From assembly GCF_900108175.1 (NCBI RefSeq), contig NZ_FNVO01000009.1, forward strand, positions 102,744 through 166,743: a DNA stretch of 64,000 bases. Direction: 5' to 3'. Below the pieces are notes generated by a model. That model searched no databases. It was not told the origin of the DNA and saw nothing but the letters and a program-made list of their open reading frames with translations. Positions 48,927-62,745 of this stretch are shown here, in pieces (within the stretch, counting starts at the first letter, position 1; every line of letters begins with the position of its first letter). A program made the position numbers and the translations under genes. The stretch is from Thermomonospora echinospora (GTDB taxonomy: Bacteria > Actinomycetota > Actinomycetes > Streptosporangiales > Streptosporangiaceae).

Positions 48927-51362
48927 TCAGGGGAGGCGGACGCCCACCAGGCAGGTGTCGTCGTCGGTGTCGGAGTTGCTGTGGGTCAGCATGTAGTCCA
49001 GACGCTGTTCGAGGGTGTCGGTGGGGGTCTGGGCCGTGGTCATCAGGTGCTGCAGGGACTCCTGCATGGAGCGGTCTTTGCGTTCCACGAGGCCGTCGGT
49101 GTACATCAGCAGGATGTCGCCCGGCTGGAGCTGAAGCTCCCCCTCCTGGTACTCGGCCTCGGCCAGGGCGCCCAGCAGCAGGCCGCCGACCATGGGGAGC
49201 GTGGTGGCGTCCTCCTGCCCGCGGACCAGGACGGGGGGCAGGTGGCCCGCGCGGGCCCAGCGCAGGACGCGGGTGGCCGGGTCGTACAGGGCGCACAGCG
49301 CGGTGGCGGTGACGTTGTCGGTCAGGTGGTGGGCGACCTGGTTGAGCCAGGTCAGCAGTTGGCCGGGGCCGGCGCCGGTGGTGGCCAGGCCGCGCAGGGC
49401 GTTGCGCAGGACGACCATGTCGGTGGCCGCCTCGATGCCGTGCCCGGCGACGTCGCCGACGCACAGCATGACCTGCTTGGACGGCAGCACCACCGCGTCG
49501 TACCAGTCGCCGCCGACCAGGTGGTCCTTCTCGGCGGGACGGTAGCGGGTGACGATGTGCAGCCCAAGGGCGTCGATGGGGCCCCGGGTGGGCGGCATGA
49601 TGGCCTGCTGGAGCTGGCGGGCCAGCCGGTTGCGCTCGGCGGCCTGCTGCTCGGTGTGGGCGAGCTGGTCCCGGGTGGCGGCCAGCGCGACCTCGGTCCA
49701 GTGCTGGGCCGAGATGTCCTGGTAGGCGCCGCGTACGGCGAGCAGTTGGCCCTGCGCGTCCAGCACCGGCTCGGCGACGACCCGCATGTGCCGGGCGATC
49801 CCGTCCGGACGTTGCAGGCGGAAGGCGGCCGAGGCGGACCGGTGGTGGTGCAGCACGCTGCGCAGGAACCGGCCGATGGCGGCCTCGTCGTCGATGTGCG
49901 CGTGGTCGGGCAGCCGCCGCAGCGGGACAGGCTCGGCGGTGGGCTCCAGCCCGTACAGGGCGAACAACTGCTCGTTCCAGGTGACCTTGCCGGTGAGGAT
50001 GCTCTCCTCGAACCCGCCGATGCGTACCAGGCGCTGGGCGTGCTGCAGCAGCCGCGCCAGCCTGGCCGCCTCGTCCTCGATCCGCCAGATCAGCAGGATG
50101 CCGTCGCCGAGCCGGCTGACGCTGATGTCGGAATCGCCGGGCAGCGGCACCTGGTCCACGAGGGCGGTCAGGGCCATCCGCTCGGCGCGGAACGGCTCAC
50201 CGGTGGCGTGCACCCGCTCGACGATCTCGAACAGTCCGCTCTGCCCGGCGGCCATCGGGTACGTCTCCAGGAGCAGCCCGCCCCGGACGGCGGCGCGCGG
50301 GCGTCCCGCCGGGTCGACGAAGCGCCCGTTCACATGGTGGACGCGGAAGTCGGCGAGCCGTCCGTCGGCGTCCAGGTGGGGCCGCAGCACCAGGGCCGGG
50401 TCGTGCAGCCCGTCGGCCAGGTCGACCAGCTCCACCAGCTCGCGCTGGGCGACGTACGGGGGGTCCACCACGACGGCGGAGGGCGCGCTGTGGGTCTCCA
50501 GGGTGTGGGCGCACAGCTCGGCCAGCGCCTCGATCTGGCGTTCGATCTGGGGCGGCTGCGGCTCCAGCTCGTCCGGCCAGCAGATCTCCAGTACGCCCAG
50601 GACGCGGCCGCCGACGCCCGCCGGGACCGCCACGCGGCCGCCGTCCGGCAGGTCGCGGTGGCCGATGGAGGGCAGGCTCGTCCGGGACAGCGACAGGTAC
50701 CACGACATGCGGCGGTCGGCGAGGGCGCAGCGGGCCGGCGTCACCACGCCAGGCGGCACATAACGCCACCGGGCCGGCTCCTCGGCGGAGAACCCGGCCC
50801 AGCCGGCAAGGGTCAGCGACGCGTCCGGCCCGGCGGCCCAGATCGCCACGGCCGTCGCACCGAGCGGGGACAGCGCGTGCTCCAGCAGCGACTCGGCCAC
50901 CGCCTGGGCGTCCCCGGCGGCCAGCGCCCCGGACTCGGCGGTACGTAGCCGGAGCGCGACGGCGGCCGCCTCGTCGTCGTCCGGCCGGGCCGGGCCCGTT
51001 CCGGCCAGGAACTCGCGGGCGACCTCGCTGAGGCGGTCCTGCGCCGCCTGGTCGATGATCTCGGCGGCCAGCTCCAGCGGCGAACGGCCCGCCTCCTGGG
51101 CCAGCTCGTCCAGTTGCCGCGCTGCCTGGGCCGGTCCGCAGCGCAGCCGTTCCACCAGCACGCCCTTGGCCAGCTCGATCAGGGCACGGCCGTCGGCGGC
51201 GGCCTCGGCCTGCTCGATCTGCCGCCGCAGCCGCTCCACGGTGCTCGCCAGCCTGCCCACGCCCCCGTCCGCACCCTCGCCCGACCCGGTGGCGGGCTCG
51301 GTGGGCGGTGCGGTGGGCGGCGGACCGCCGTCGGCAAGTTCCCGTGGATCACCGGTGTGCAC
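48927..51362 (-). CDS. ANTAR - GAF - PAS - PP2C(SpoIIE) multidomain regulatory protein
   Basis: The N-terminal ANTAR domain is RALIELAKGVLVERL. The C-terminal PPM motifs are GGDWYDAV...VGDVAGHG...LLMYTDGLVE. RBS GAGGAG lies before the GTG at 51362. Confidence 0.85.
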   Translation of the reverse strand: MHTGDPRELADGGPPPTAPPTEPATGSGEGADGGVGRLASTVERLRRQIEQAEAAADGRALIELAKGVLVERLRCGPAQAARQLDELAQEAGRSPLELAAEIIDQAAQDRLSEVAREFLAGTGPARPDDDEAAAVALRLRTAESGALAAGDAQAVAESLLEHALSPLGATAVAIWAAGPDASLTLAGWAGFSAEEPARWRYVPPGVVTPARCALADRRMSWYLSLSRTSLPSIGHRDLPDGGRVAVPAGVGGRVLGVLEICWPDELEPQPPQIERQIEALAELCAHTLETHSAPSAVVVDPPYVAQRELVELVDLADGLHDPALVLRPHLDADGRLADFRVHHVNGRFVDPAGRPRAAVRGGLLLETYPMAAGQSGLFEIVERVHATGEPFRAERMALTALVDQVPLPGDSDISVSRLGDGILLIWRIEDEAARLARLLQHAQRLVRIGGFEESILTGKVTWNEQLFALYGLEPTAEPVPLRRLPDHAHIDDEAAIGRFLRSVLHHHRSASAAFRLQRPDGIARHMRVVAEPVLDAQGQLLAVRGAYQDISAQHWTEVALAATRDQLAHTEQQAAERNRLARQLQQAIMPPTRGPIDALGLHIVTRYRPAEKDHLVGGDWYDAVVLPSKQVMLCVGDVAGHGIEAATDMVVLRNALRGLATTGAGPGQLLTWLNQVAHHLTDNVTATALCALYDPATRVLRWARAGHLPPVLVRGQEDATTLPMVGGLLLGALAEAEYQEGELQLQPGDILLMYTDGLVERKDRSMQESLQHLMTTAQTPTDTLEQRLDYMLTHSNSDTDDDTCLVGVRLP

Positions 51363-51407
51363 TGGACTGCTCCTCGGGAAGGGACGGACAGGGCGCCGGA
51401 CGGGACA

Positions 51408-55730
<4,323 letters not shown>

Positions 55731-56129
55731 GTCCCCTACCTCGTCCTGCTCCGTCAGCAGGGCCTTCCGGCCCACCCACCGCGGGCCTCGGCAACCGAAC
55801 CGCGCCGCCACGCCCCTGACCGCATAGTTTCCGTATAGCAATTAACGGGCTGTTGGCGACCCTACCTGAGCCGCCAGACCCCTCGGTACATTTCACGACA
55901 GCCTGCCCCATGGCCGCATTATCCGCCGCGCCCGTATTCGTCCCCGCCATGAACGCGCACTTCGGAGGCATGGCCGACGCGGGCAACGCGACCCGCGACC
56001 GGCCTCGTGGCACCGCGAGTCGAAGCTGCGGCCCGCATGACCGGCCCGGCCGAACGAAGGACATTTCGTCACTTTCCGTAATCCCCATAGCCGGTCTGAC
56101 CTGACACGCCGGCGATACCGCACCGCCGA

Positions 56130-56330
56130 CGTTCCGACGATCCTTCCTGCGAGAGGACATGTCCACCGGAGAACACCGATGGCACCGCGCCACCATCGTT
56201 CCGACAGTCGCTCTGCGGGAGGACATGTTCGCCGGAGAACGCCGGTGACAGCGGCGCCGTCGTCGTTCCGGCGGTCATGCCCAAGGACGTGCCTGCCGGA
56301 GAACGCCGGTGGCGCCGCGCGTTCTCGAGC
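56130..56330. repeat. Three imperfect tandem repeats of ~67 bp, each containing CGTTCCG...GGAGGAC(A/G)TG...CCGGAGAAC(A/G)CCG
   Basis: Read in the sequence in the intergenic region between the Ser/Thr kinase 3' end and the hybrid-kinase 5' region. Units start near 56130, 56197 and 56264. Confidence 0.85.
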
Positions 56331-56356
56331 GTTCTCAAGCGTTCGGCCGGACGCGT

Positions 56357-58048
56357 TCAGGGGCCGGGGGGCGCCTGCCGTTCCTCGGGAGTCCGGTCAC
56401 CGCCGCCCGAGGTGAGGAAGGTGACCAGGCGGGCCAGGCGTTCGGGGACGCGGTTCAGGGGCGTGGCGGTGGCGACCAGCAGGCCGTAGCCGCTGAGCAG
56501 GAGCAGCAGGGGGATCGCTCCCCAGGCGGTGAGCGCCGCCTCCAGCGGGACGGCGACGAGCCAGCCGATGACGCCCCCGCTGTCGGACACCTTTTCGGGG
56601 CTCTCGAACAGATTGGGGGCGCCGGCGGCGACATGGACGACGCCCAGCAGCCCGATGCTCAGGAGGATGGAGCCCAGCAGGATCCGGCGGGTCTGCGCGC
56701 CGCGCTCGGGACGCCGGAAGACCCGGCCCGCCAGTAGGAAGACCAGGACGGGCAGCACGAACGCGCCCAGGCCGAAGGTGCCCCTGAGCGCCGTAGCCCC
56801 CGCCGTCGTCACGGCGAGCTCCGTCCGCGACCACACGAGCGTGCCCGACACGACCGCGGCGACCAGCAGCACCAGGCCCACGCCGTCCCGGCGGTGCGCC
56901 GGATCGGGGCCGATCCGGCCGGGGGCGCGGAACATCCATCCGGCGCCCGACGCGAGCGCCCGCCACAACCTGGACACGGCTCGGGCGGGACGGCCGCGCA
57001 GCCGGGCGACGGCACCGTTGATCGCCTGGACGGGCTGCGGCGGGGCGGGCGGCGCCTGGTGCGCTTGGTGGGCTTGGGGCGGATCGGCCGGCGGGCCTGG
57101 CGGCTGGAACGCCTGGTGGGCCTGGTGCGGGTCGGCCGGTGGCGGGCCGACCGGAGGGAGCGGCGGCTGAGCCGCGGTCCGCGCCGGGGCGAAGGGCTGG
57201 GTGGCCGCGGGCGCGGCCGCCGCGGGGGCGGCGTTCAGCTCGTTGAGCTTGGCCAGGACGTCGGCCATGGCGGGCCGCTCGGCGGGGTCCTTGGCCAGCA
57301 GCCGCAACACCAGGCGTTCCAGATCGGCGGGGATGTCCGGCCTGAGGGCGGTGGGACGCGGCGGGGCCTCGTGCAGGTGCTGGTGCATGAACGCGCTCAT
57401 CGAGGGGCCGGTGAAGGGCGGCCTGCCGGTCAGCAGCGCGTACAGGGTGCAGCCGAAGGAGTACAGGTCCGAGCGCCCGTCGGCGGTGCCGCCCCGGTAC
57501 TGCTCGGGGGCGGTGTAGGGAGGCGTGCCGATCATGATGCCCAGCGGGGTGAGGCCGGGGGCTGCGTCGGCGAAACGGGCCACGCCAAAGTCGCAGATCT
57601 TGGCCCGGCCCTCGGTCAGCTCCATCAGGTTGGCGGGCTTGATGTCGCGGTGCACGACCCCCTTACGGTGGGCGTAGGCCAGGGCGTCGGCGACCTGCGC
57701 CGCCAGCGACACCGCGTGGGCGACCGGGAGCCCGTGCGGATTGGCCTCCAGGAGGGCCAGGAAGTCGCGGCCCTCCAGCAGCTCCATCACGAAGAACGGA
57801 TGGCCCTCGTGCTCCCCCATCGCGTGGACCACGGTGATGCCGGGGTGCTGCAGGGACGCCGCGGCCTGGGCCTCGCGCCGCAGGCGCTGGAGCAGTTCCT
57901 GGTTGGTCCCCAGGTTCGACAGCACGATCTTGACCGCGACCCGCCGGTTGAGGGTCAGGTCGTCGGCGGCCCACACCTCTCCCATGCCGCCCTGGCCAAG
58001 CCGCCGCACCAAGCGGTACTTGCCGTCCAGCACCTCTCCAGGCTCCAC
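56357..58048 (-). CDS. Ser/Thr protein kinase with Pro/Gln-rich linker and C-terminal multi-pass membrane domain
   Basis: Has the GxGxxG motif LGQGGMGEVW, the VAVK lysine, HRDIKPAN, DFG and APE. A GTG (MEPGEV) is preceded by GGGGAAGG. The track ORF extends to 58132. Confidence 0.85.
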   Translation of the reverse strand: MEPGEVLDGKYRLVRRLGQGGMGEVWAADDLTLNRRVAVKIVLSNLGTNQELLQRLRREAQAAASLQHPGITVVHAMGEHEGHPFFVMELLEGRDFLALLEANPHGLPVAHAVSLAAQVADALAYAHRKGVVHRDIKPANLMELTEGRAKICDFGVARFADAAPGLTPLGIMIGTPPYTAPEQYRGGTADGRSDLYSFGCTLYALLTGRPPFTGPSMSAFMHQHLHEAPPRPTALRPDIPADLERLVLRLLAKDPAERPAMADVLAKLNELNAAPAAAAPAATQPFAPARTAAQPPLPPVGPPPADPHQAHQAFQPPGPPADPPQAHQAHQAPPAPPQPVQAINGAVARLRGRPARAVSRLWRALASGAGWMFRAPGRIGPDPAHRRDGVGLVLLVAAVVSGTLVWSRTELAVTTAGATALRGTFGLGAFVLPVLVFLLAGRVFRRPERGAQTRRILLGSILLSIGLLGVVHVAAGAPNLFESPEKVSDSGGVIGWLVAVPLEAALTAWGAIPLLLLLSGYGLLVATATPLNRVPERLARLVTFLTSGGGDRTPEERQAPPGP

Positions 58049-58263
58049 AGCCCCGCCTTCCCCCGGGTCTTCGGACCATATCGGGACACAGCAGCCTATT
58101 GACTCCTCCGTGAGACCGAGAGGACGGAACACAACAGGACTACGCCGCGCGTGCGCATTCGCCGTGGAGGAGTACGGCGAAATCTATCCGCCGGGACATT
58201 GTCCGCCCAGTCCGGCGGATGGACGATCGGGCGGTCCCCGTCCGGCGAGCCCCGAGGAGTCCG

Positions 58264-59457
58264 ATGTACGCCAGAGCGGCCTGGGCGGCGCTGTCCGCCG
58301 TCGTTCTCGTCACCGCGGCGCCGGCACCGGCGGCCCACGCGTCCGCCGCCCCGGCGGTCCGGACGTCGGCCGCCGCAGCGCCCGCCGGGCCGTGGGCCGA
58401 CCGGCCGTCCCAGTTGCTGATGCCCTGGAGCACGCTGCGGCCCTCGGCCGACCCCGTGCCGTTGCAGGAGGCGATCAAACCGCTGCCGGTGTCGTACGAG
58501 TGGGAAGGGCAGCGGTACACGATCGACGACTTCCTGCTGCGTTCGGGCACCCTGGGCTTCGTCGTGCTGGACGGGCAGCGGATCGTGGCCGAGCGCTACC
58601 GGGGCGCGAGCCGGGACACCCGGTTCCAGTCGTGGTCGGTGGCCAAGTCGTTCACCGGGACGGCGGTGGGGATCGCCCTGAGCGAGGGGCACATCGGGTC
58701 CATCGACGAACCGGTGACCAAATACGTCCCCGAGCTGGGCCGGTCCGGGTACGCGGGGGTGTCGATCCGGGACCTGCTGCGGATGTCGTCCGGCATCGAG
58801 TGGACCGAGGAGCAGGACGTCCCGGTGGTGCACGCGGCGGCCGCGGCGGGCGCGTCCATCGAGCGGATGGCGGGCCGGCAGCGGCGCGGGTGGGAGCCGG
58901 GCAGCCGGTTCGAGTACACCAGCATGAACTCCTTCGTCCTGGCCTGGGTGGTCGCCCGCGCGACGGGGCTGCCGTTCCGCGACTACCTGCAACAGCGGAT
59001 CTGGAACGCCGGCGGGATGGCCGACACGGCCTACCTCGGCAGCGACCACTACGACGCCGACCTGGGGTACTGCTGCGTACACGCGACGGCACGCGACTTC
59101 GCCCGGTTCGGGCTGCTGTACCTGCGGGACGGGCGCGTCGGAGACCGGCAGGTCGTGCCCGAGTCGTGGGTGCGGGCTTCGACGCGGCCCTCGGCGCCGT
59201 TCAACGAGCCCGCGGGCGAGACCTCACGCGGGTACGGGTTGCAGTGGTGGATCGGGGGCGGCGACCACGGCGACTACATGGCGTCCGGGCTCGGCGGCCA
59301 GCGCATCTACGTCTCCCCCCGGCACGGCGTCGTCATCACCAAGAACACCGTGTACTCCACCACCTCCGGCGGCGAAGAGCTGACCGCCTTCCGCGCCGTG
59401 GCCGCCCACGTGGCCGCCACCCGCTCCACGGCACCGGCCGCCGCCGCACTGCCCTGA
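58264..59457 (+). CDS. Secreted serine hydrolase of the beta-lactamase / class-C-like (PBP4-like esterase) family
   Basis: Has a signal peptide. The SxxK motif is SWSVAKS, with a downstream Tyr motif. RBS GAGGAG lies before the ATG (MYARAAW). Confidence 0.8.
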   Translation: MYARAAWAALSAVVLVTAAPAPAAHASAAPAVRTSAAAAPAGPWADRPSQLLMPWSTLRPSADPVPLQEAIKPLPVSYEWEGQRYTIDDFLLRSGTLGFVVLDGQRIVAERYRGASRDTRFQSWSVAKSFTGTAVGIALSEGHIGSIDEPVTKYVPELGRSGYAGVSIRDLLRMSSGIEWTEEQDVPVVHAAAAAGASIERMAGRQRRGWEPGSRFEYTSMNSFVLAWVVARATGLPFRDYLQQRIWNAGGMADTAYLGSDHYDADLGYCCVHATARDFARFGLLYLRDGRVGDRQVVPESWVRASTRPSAPFNEPAGETSRGYGLQWWIGGGDHGDYMASGLGGQRIYVSPRHGVVITKNTVYSTTSGGEELTAFRAVAAHVAATRSTAPAAAALP

Positions 59458-59543
59458 GCCATGCTCAGGCCGCCGCACCGCCCCGGCCTGCCCCGATCGG
59501 TCCACGCGTCGGCGGGCCGATGCGGTCGGGGCCAGGCCGGTGC

Positions 59544-59697
59544 TCAGTGGTGGTGGGAGCTTCCGCCGCGGCGGTTCAGCAGGCCGCGCAGGCGGGCACG
59601 GTTGCGCGGGTCACGGGCCAGCCGCTCGGCATGGGCGCGGGCCTGCCTGCCCTGCGGGGTGTGCAGCCAGCGCCGGATCTTGTTGACCACAGAGGCC
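59544..59697 (-). CDS. Small basic protein (51 aa, MASVVNKIRRWLHTPQGRQARAHAERLARDPRNRARLRGLLNRRGGSSHHH)
   Basis: Not in the ORF track (<60 aa). A GTG start is preceded by the strong SD GGAGGAGGAACCC. It is Arg-rich and ends in HHH. Confidence 0.4.
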
Positions 59698-59863
59698 ACG
59701 GGTTCCTCCTCCGGTGGGATTCGCGGGATCGGGCTCGCCCGTTCCCCTACCCGGAGAACGAGGGATCATGGCACGTCGTTCCGTGTCGCGCGCACCGGAC
59801 GCGTCGAGGGGCGCCCGGCCTCACGTCCCGATGCCGCACCGGACCGGAGTGCGGCCCCGCGCC

Positions 59864-59951
59864 GCGTCCGCCTGCCGGAGGGTGAGCAAACCGCGTCCGC
59901 CTGCCGGAGGGTGAACAAGCTGCGTGCCCCTCCCGGAGGGTGGACAATGCG
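59864..59951. repeat. Three tandem ~29-bp repeats (GCGTCCGCCTGCCGGAGGGTGA(G/A)CAA...), the last degenerate
   Basis: Read in the sequence about 170-250 bp upstream of the small - strand gene. On the - strand each unit reads G(T/C)TCACCCTCCGG. Confidence 0.85.
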
Positions 59952-60764
59952 AGGCGGCGCCTTCCGGACCGTGAGGGAACGTGTTCTGAGCATGATCCCG
60001 GTCCAGAAGGCGCCGCAGCTTTTCGCGCCGTGACGTCACGGGGTCTGTCAGCCCTGCCTGGCGGCGGAGAGCCGGGCGGCCACGTCCGTCCAGCGACCAC
60101 GGCTTCTCGATGCAGGTCGCCATACGGCCACTATCGCAAATGGGTTGCAACTACATCAAGGCCGCAGCAGAGTCCGGGCATGCGCCGGTCCGGGCGGAGG
60201 AGGAAAGGGATGGCGGCACCGACATCAGGCGTACGGGAACACAAGGGGGCATACGGTGCGTGACCCGGCCCGGCGGCGGGGTCAGCGGACATGACGGTGG
60301 ACGCATGCGAGCAGATCGGCCCCCGTGGCGCACCGCCCAGCATGATCTCGGTCGTCACCTGCCCGTCCGCTGCGCCGGGCCATGGCCCTGATCGCCCGCG
60401 CCGCGCCGCGACGGACGCGACCGGGCGAGCTCCGAGGTCACACAACGTTAACAGCTTCGCCACAATCCATGGCTCCGAGCGCCGAAAATCACACCCGACC
60501 CCGTCAACGAATACCTCCCGGCCACTGACACACGTTGTGAATAACCGTAGACACTCGGTCACTTCACGCGAATCACCTGCGGCGTTATCGTCTAATCCCT
60601 TGCCGCTCCGCGTTTTCGCTTCGCCCCCGAGACCGCCGGGCGGCAGGGGCTCCGAGGGGAGCGGGCGGCCGGAGCGGGCGCACCGCGTTCCTCACCCGCC
60701 CGCGCCCGGCAACCGTACTCCGGCCGCCTTCCCGCCACCCCCGGAGCCCGCCCCCTTACACCGG

Positions 60765-60881
60765 GCGCGGCGGCCACCACGGCAACGGCCCTCCATCCCG
60801 TCTGGCCCCAAAGGCCGTTCTCCCCGCCTTTCCGTCGCGCGAGGCGCGGCGGCCACCACGACGGCAGCCCTCCATCCCGCC
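60765..60881. repeat. Two 38-bp direct repeats (GCGCGGCGGCCACCACG(G/A)C(A/G)(A/G)C(G/A)GCCCTCCATCCCG) spaced 79 bp apart
   Basis: Read in the sequence just downstream of the FetB-like permease gene. Confidence 0.8.
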
Positions 60882-60922
60882 CGGTGCCGGAGCCTGTCCG
60901 CCGGGACTGTGCTCCGTCTCGT

Positions 60923-61723
60923 TCAGGGCCGGAGCCTGCCCACGGCGACCAGGTGCAGCGTGGTGAGCGCGCACACCGCCTCGGCCGCCAGCAGGCCGAT
61001 CAGCACCAGCAACTGGGTCGCGCCCGCCTGGATCGGGTCGGCACCGCCCAGGATCACTCCGACGTACGCGCCCGGCAGCGTGACCAACCCCACCGTACGG
61101 GTCTGGTCCAGAATCGGGACGAGCGCCAGCGCCGCGGCCGGACGGCACACCTCCAGCACCGCGTCCCTGGGCATCAGCCCGAGCGCCAGCGCCGCCTCAT
61201 ACTCGCCGTACCGGCCGTGCAGTTCCTCCAGGACGCGGCGGCCGCTCAGCGCGGTGGCGGTCATCGCCCCGCCGATCAGGATCCCGGCGATCGGCAGCAC
61301 CGAGACCGGCTCGGCCGGCACCACCGTGGAGCCCACGACGAGGGCCAGCACCGGGCCTACCCCGGCGACGATCGACACCCCCGCCCACCAGATCGCGCCC
61401 GCGCGGCGGGACCCGGCGATGCGGCGGGCTGCGGTCAGCGCGGCGATCGCCACCATCATCGCGATGAACGCGCCCGTCCAGCCCGCGCTGCGCAGCACGG
61501 CGGCGATCAGCAGGGACACCGCCGCGAGCTGCCCCACGGCGCGCACGGCGGCGACGGCGACCTCGCGTCCCGCTCCCAGCCCGCCCAGCCGTACCACCAG
61601 CGCGGCGACGGCGGCGAGCACGAGCAGGACCACCGCCAGCAGCGGCCCCACCTGGGGTGCCGTCGCGACCGCTGCCACGCGTCCTCCTGCACCGTCCCGG
61701 GAGCCGCGAACGCTCTCCAGCAT
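60923..61723 (-). CDS. ABC-transporter permease of the FetB/YbbM (UPF0014) type, no adjacent ATPase
   Basis: Size is 266 aa and very hydrophobic, with a typical FetB-like pattern. The ATG (MLESV) is preceded by AGGTGG. The 5' 300 codons of the track ORF, antisense to the deacetylase gene, are rejected. Confidence 0.65.
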   Translation of the reverse strand: MLESVRGSRDGAGGRVAAVATAPQVGPLLAVVLLVLAAVAALVVRLGGLGAGREVAVAAVRAVGQLAAVSLLIAAVLRSAGWTGAFIAMMVAIAALTAARRIAGSRRAGAIWWAGVSIVAGVGPVLALVVGSTVVPAEPVSVLPIAGILIGGAMTATALSGRRVLEELHGRYGEYEAALALGLMPRDAVLEVCRPAAALALVPILDQTRTVGLVTLPGAYVGVILGGADPIQAGATQLLVLIGLLAAEAVCALTTLHLVAVGRLRP

Positions 61724-61831
61724 TCCACCTGCGGTGCCGAACGATGCCGCCGACACCGGGTGCCCGGGAATGACCAGTTTTGATGGGAAGACCACGCTTG
61801 GACGAGGAAATGCCCGATACCTTTTTGAGCC

Positions 61832-62725
61832 ATGGAGTTCAGCGCGCCGACCCGCCGTCGGCTGTTGTGGACGTTGGGCGCTGTCGGGTTCGCGGTGGCG
61901 ACCGCCTCGGACAGCGTGCGGGGTGTCACGGGCGCTGCGGCCAACTCCTCCGGGCCCGCCGCCCGCCCCACTCCCTCGCGGACTCCCGGCCTGGTCCCCT
62001 CGGCCTCCCCTTCGCTGCCCGTACAGACCCCGCCGGTCCCCGGGCAGCCTCCGGGGCTGGGGTCCGCCGCCCTGCTGCCGGGCCGGCCCGGCTGGAAGCC
62101 GACCCGGGTGCGGCGACGCAAGGACGCGGTCACCAACCTCAAGGAGCTCGGCCCCGACCCCGACCGTCCGCCCCGCGCCCTCGCGCTGACCATCGACGAC
62201 GGGCCGCATCCCCAGTACACCCCGCAGATCCTCGACCTGCTCGCCGAGCACCAGGTCACCGCCACGTTCTTCGTCGTCGGCGAGATGGTGCGGGAGTATC
62301 CGCTCCTCACCCGGCGCATCGTTGAGGCCGGGCACCAGATCTGCAACCACACCATGACCCACCCCTCGCCGTTCAACCTGATCGGCGCCCGGCGGATCCA
62401 CCGCGAGATCGCCGAGGCCCACGCCCGGGTCGCCCAGGTCACCGGGGTGGTCCCCAAGTTCTTCCGCGCCCCCGGCGGCGCCTGGTCGCGGCAGGTGATG
62501 GAGGAGACCGCCGAGTACGGGATGATCCCGATCGGCTGGGAGGTCGACCCGTCGGACTGGCGCCGCCCCGGCGTCGGCCGCATCAAGCGCGCCCTGCTCG
62601 ACAGCGAGGAGGGCGCGATCATGCTCTGCCACGACGGAGGCGGTGACCGCTCGCAGACCGTCGCCGCCCTGCGCCAGGTGCTGCCCCGGCTCAAGAAGCG
62701 GGGCATGACGTTCGTTCCGCTATGA
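61832..62725 (+). CDS. Tat-secreted polysaccharide deacetylase (NodB / CE4 family)
   Basis: Has an RRRLLWTLGAVGFAVA signal. The NodB motifs are LTIDDGPH and HTMTHP, the latter with the catalytic His. Confidence 0.85.
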   Translation: MEFSAPTRRRLLWTLGAVGFAVATASDSVRGVTGAAANSSGPAARPTPSRTPGLVPSASPSLPVQTPPVPGQPPGLGSAALLPGRPGWKPTRVRRRKDAVTNLKELGPDPDRPPRALALTIDDGPHPQYTPQILDLLAEHQVTATFFVVGEMVREYPLLTRRIVEAGHQICNHTMTHPSPFNLIGARRIHREIAEAHARVAQVTGVVPKFFRAPGGAWSRQVMEETAEYGMIPIGWEVDPSDWRRPGVGRIKRALLDSEEGAIMLCHDGGGDRSQTVAALRQVLPRLKKRGMTFVPL

Positions 62726-62745
62726 GGGTCGGATAGTTTGCGCCG

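Noticed and set aside
60131-60562. 143-aa - strand ORF in the gene-poor region
   Set aside because: Third-position GC is only about 75% with many A/T-ending codons, unlike real genes in this window. It has no RBS and no motifs.
60291-62189. 632-aa + strand ORF
   Set aside because: It is Pro/Arg/Ala/Ser-rich low complexity. It overlaps the FetB-like permease in antisense and the deacetylase out of frame.
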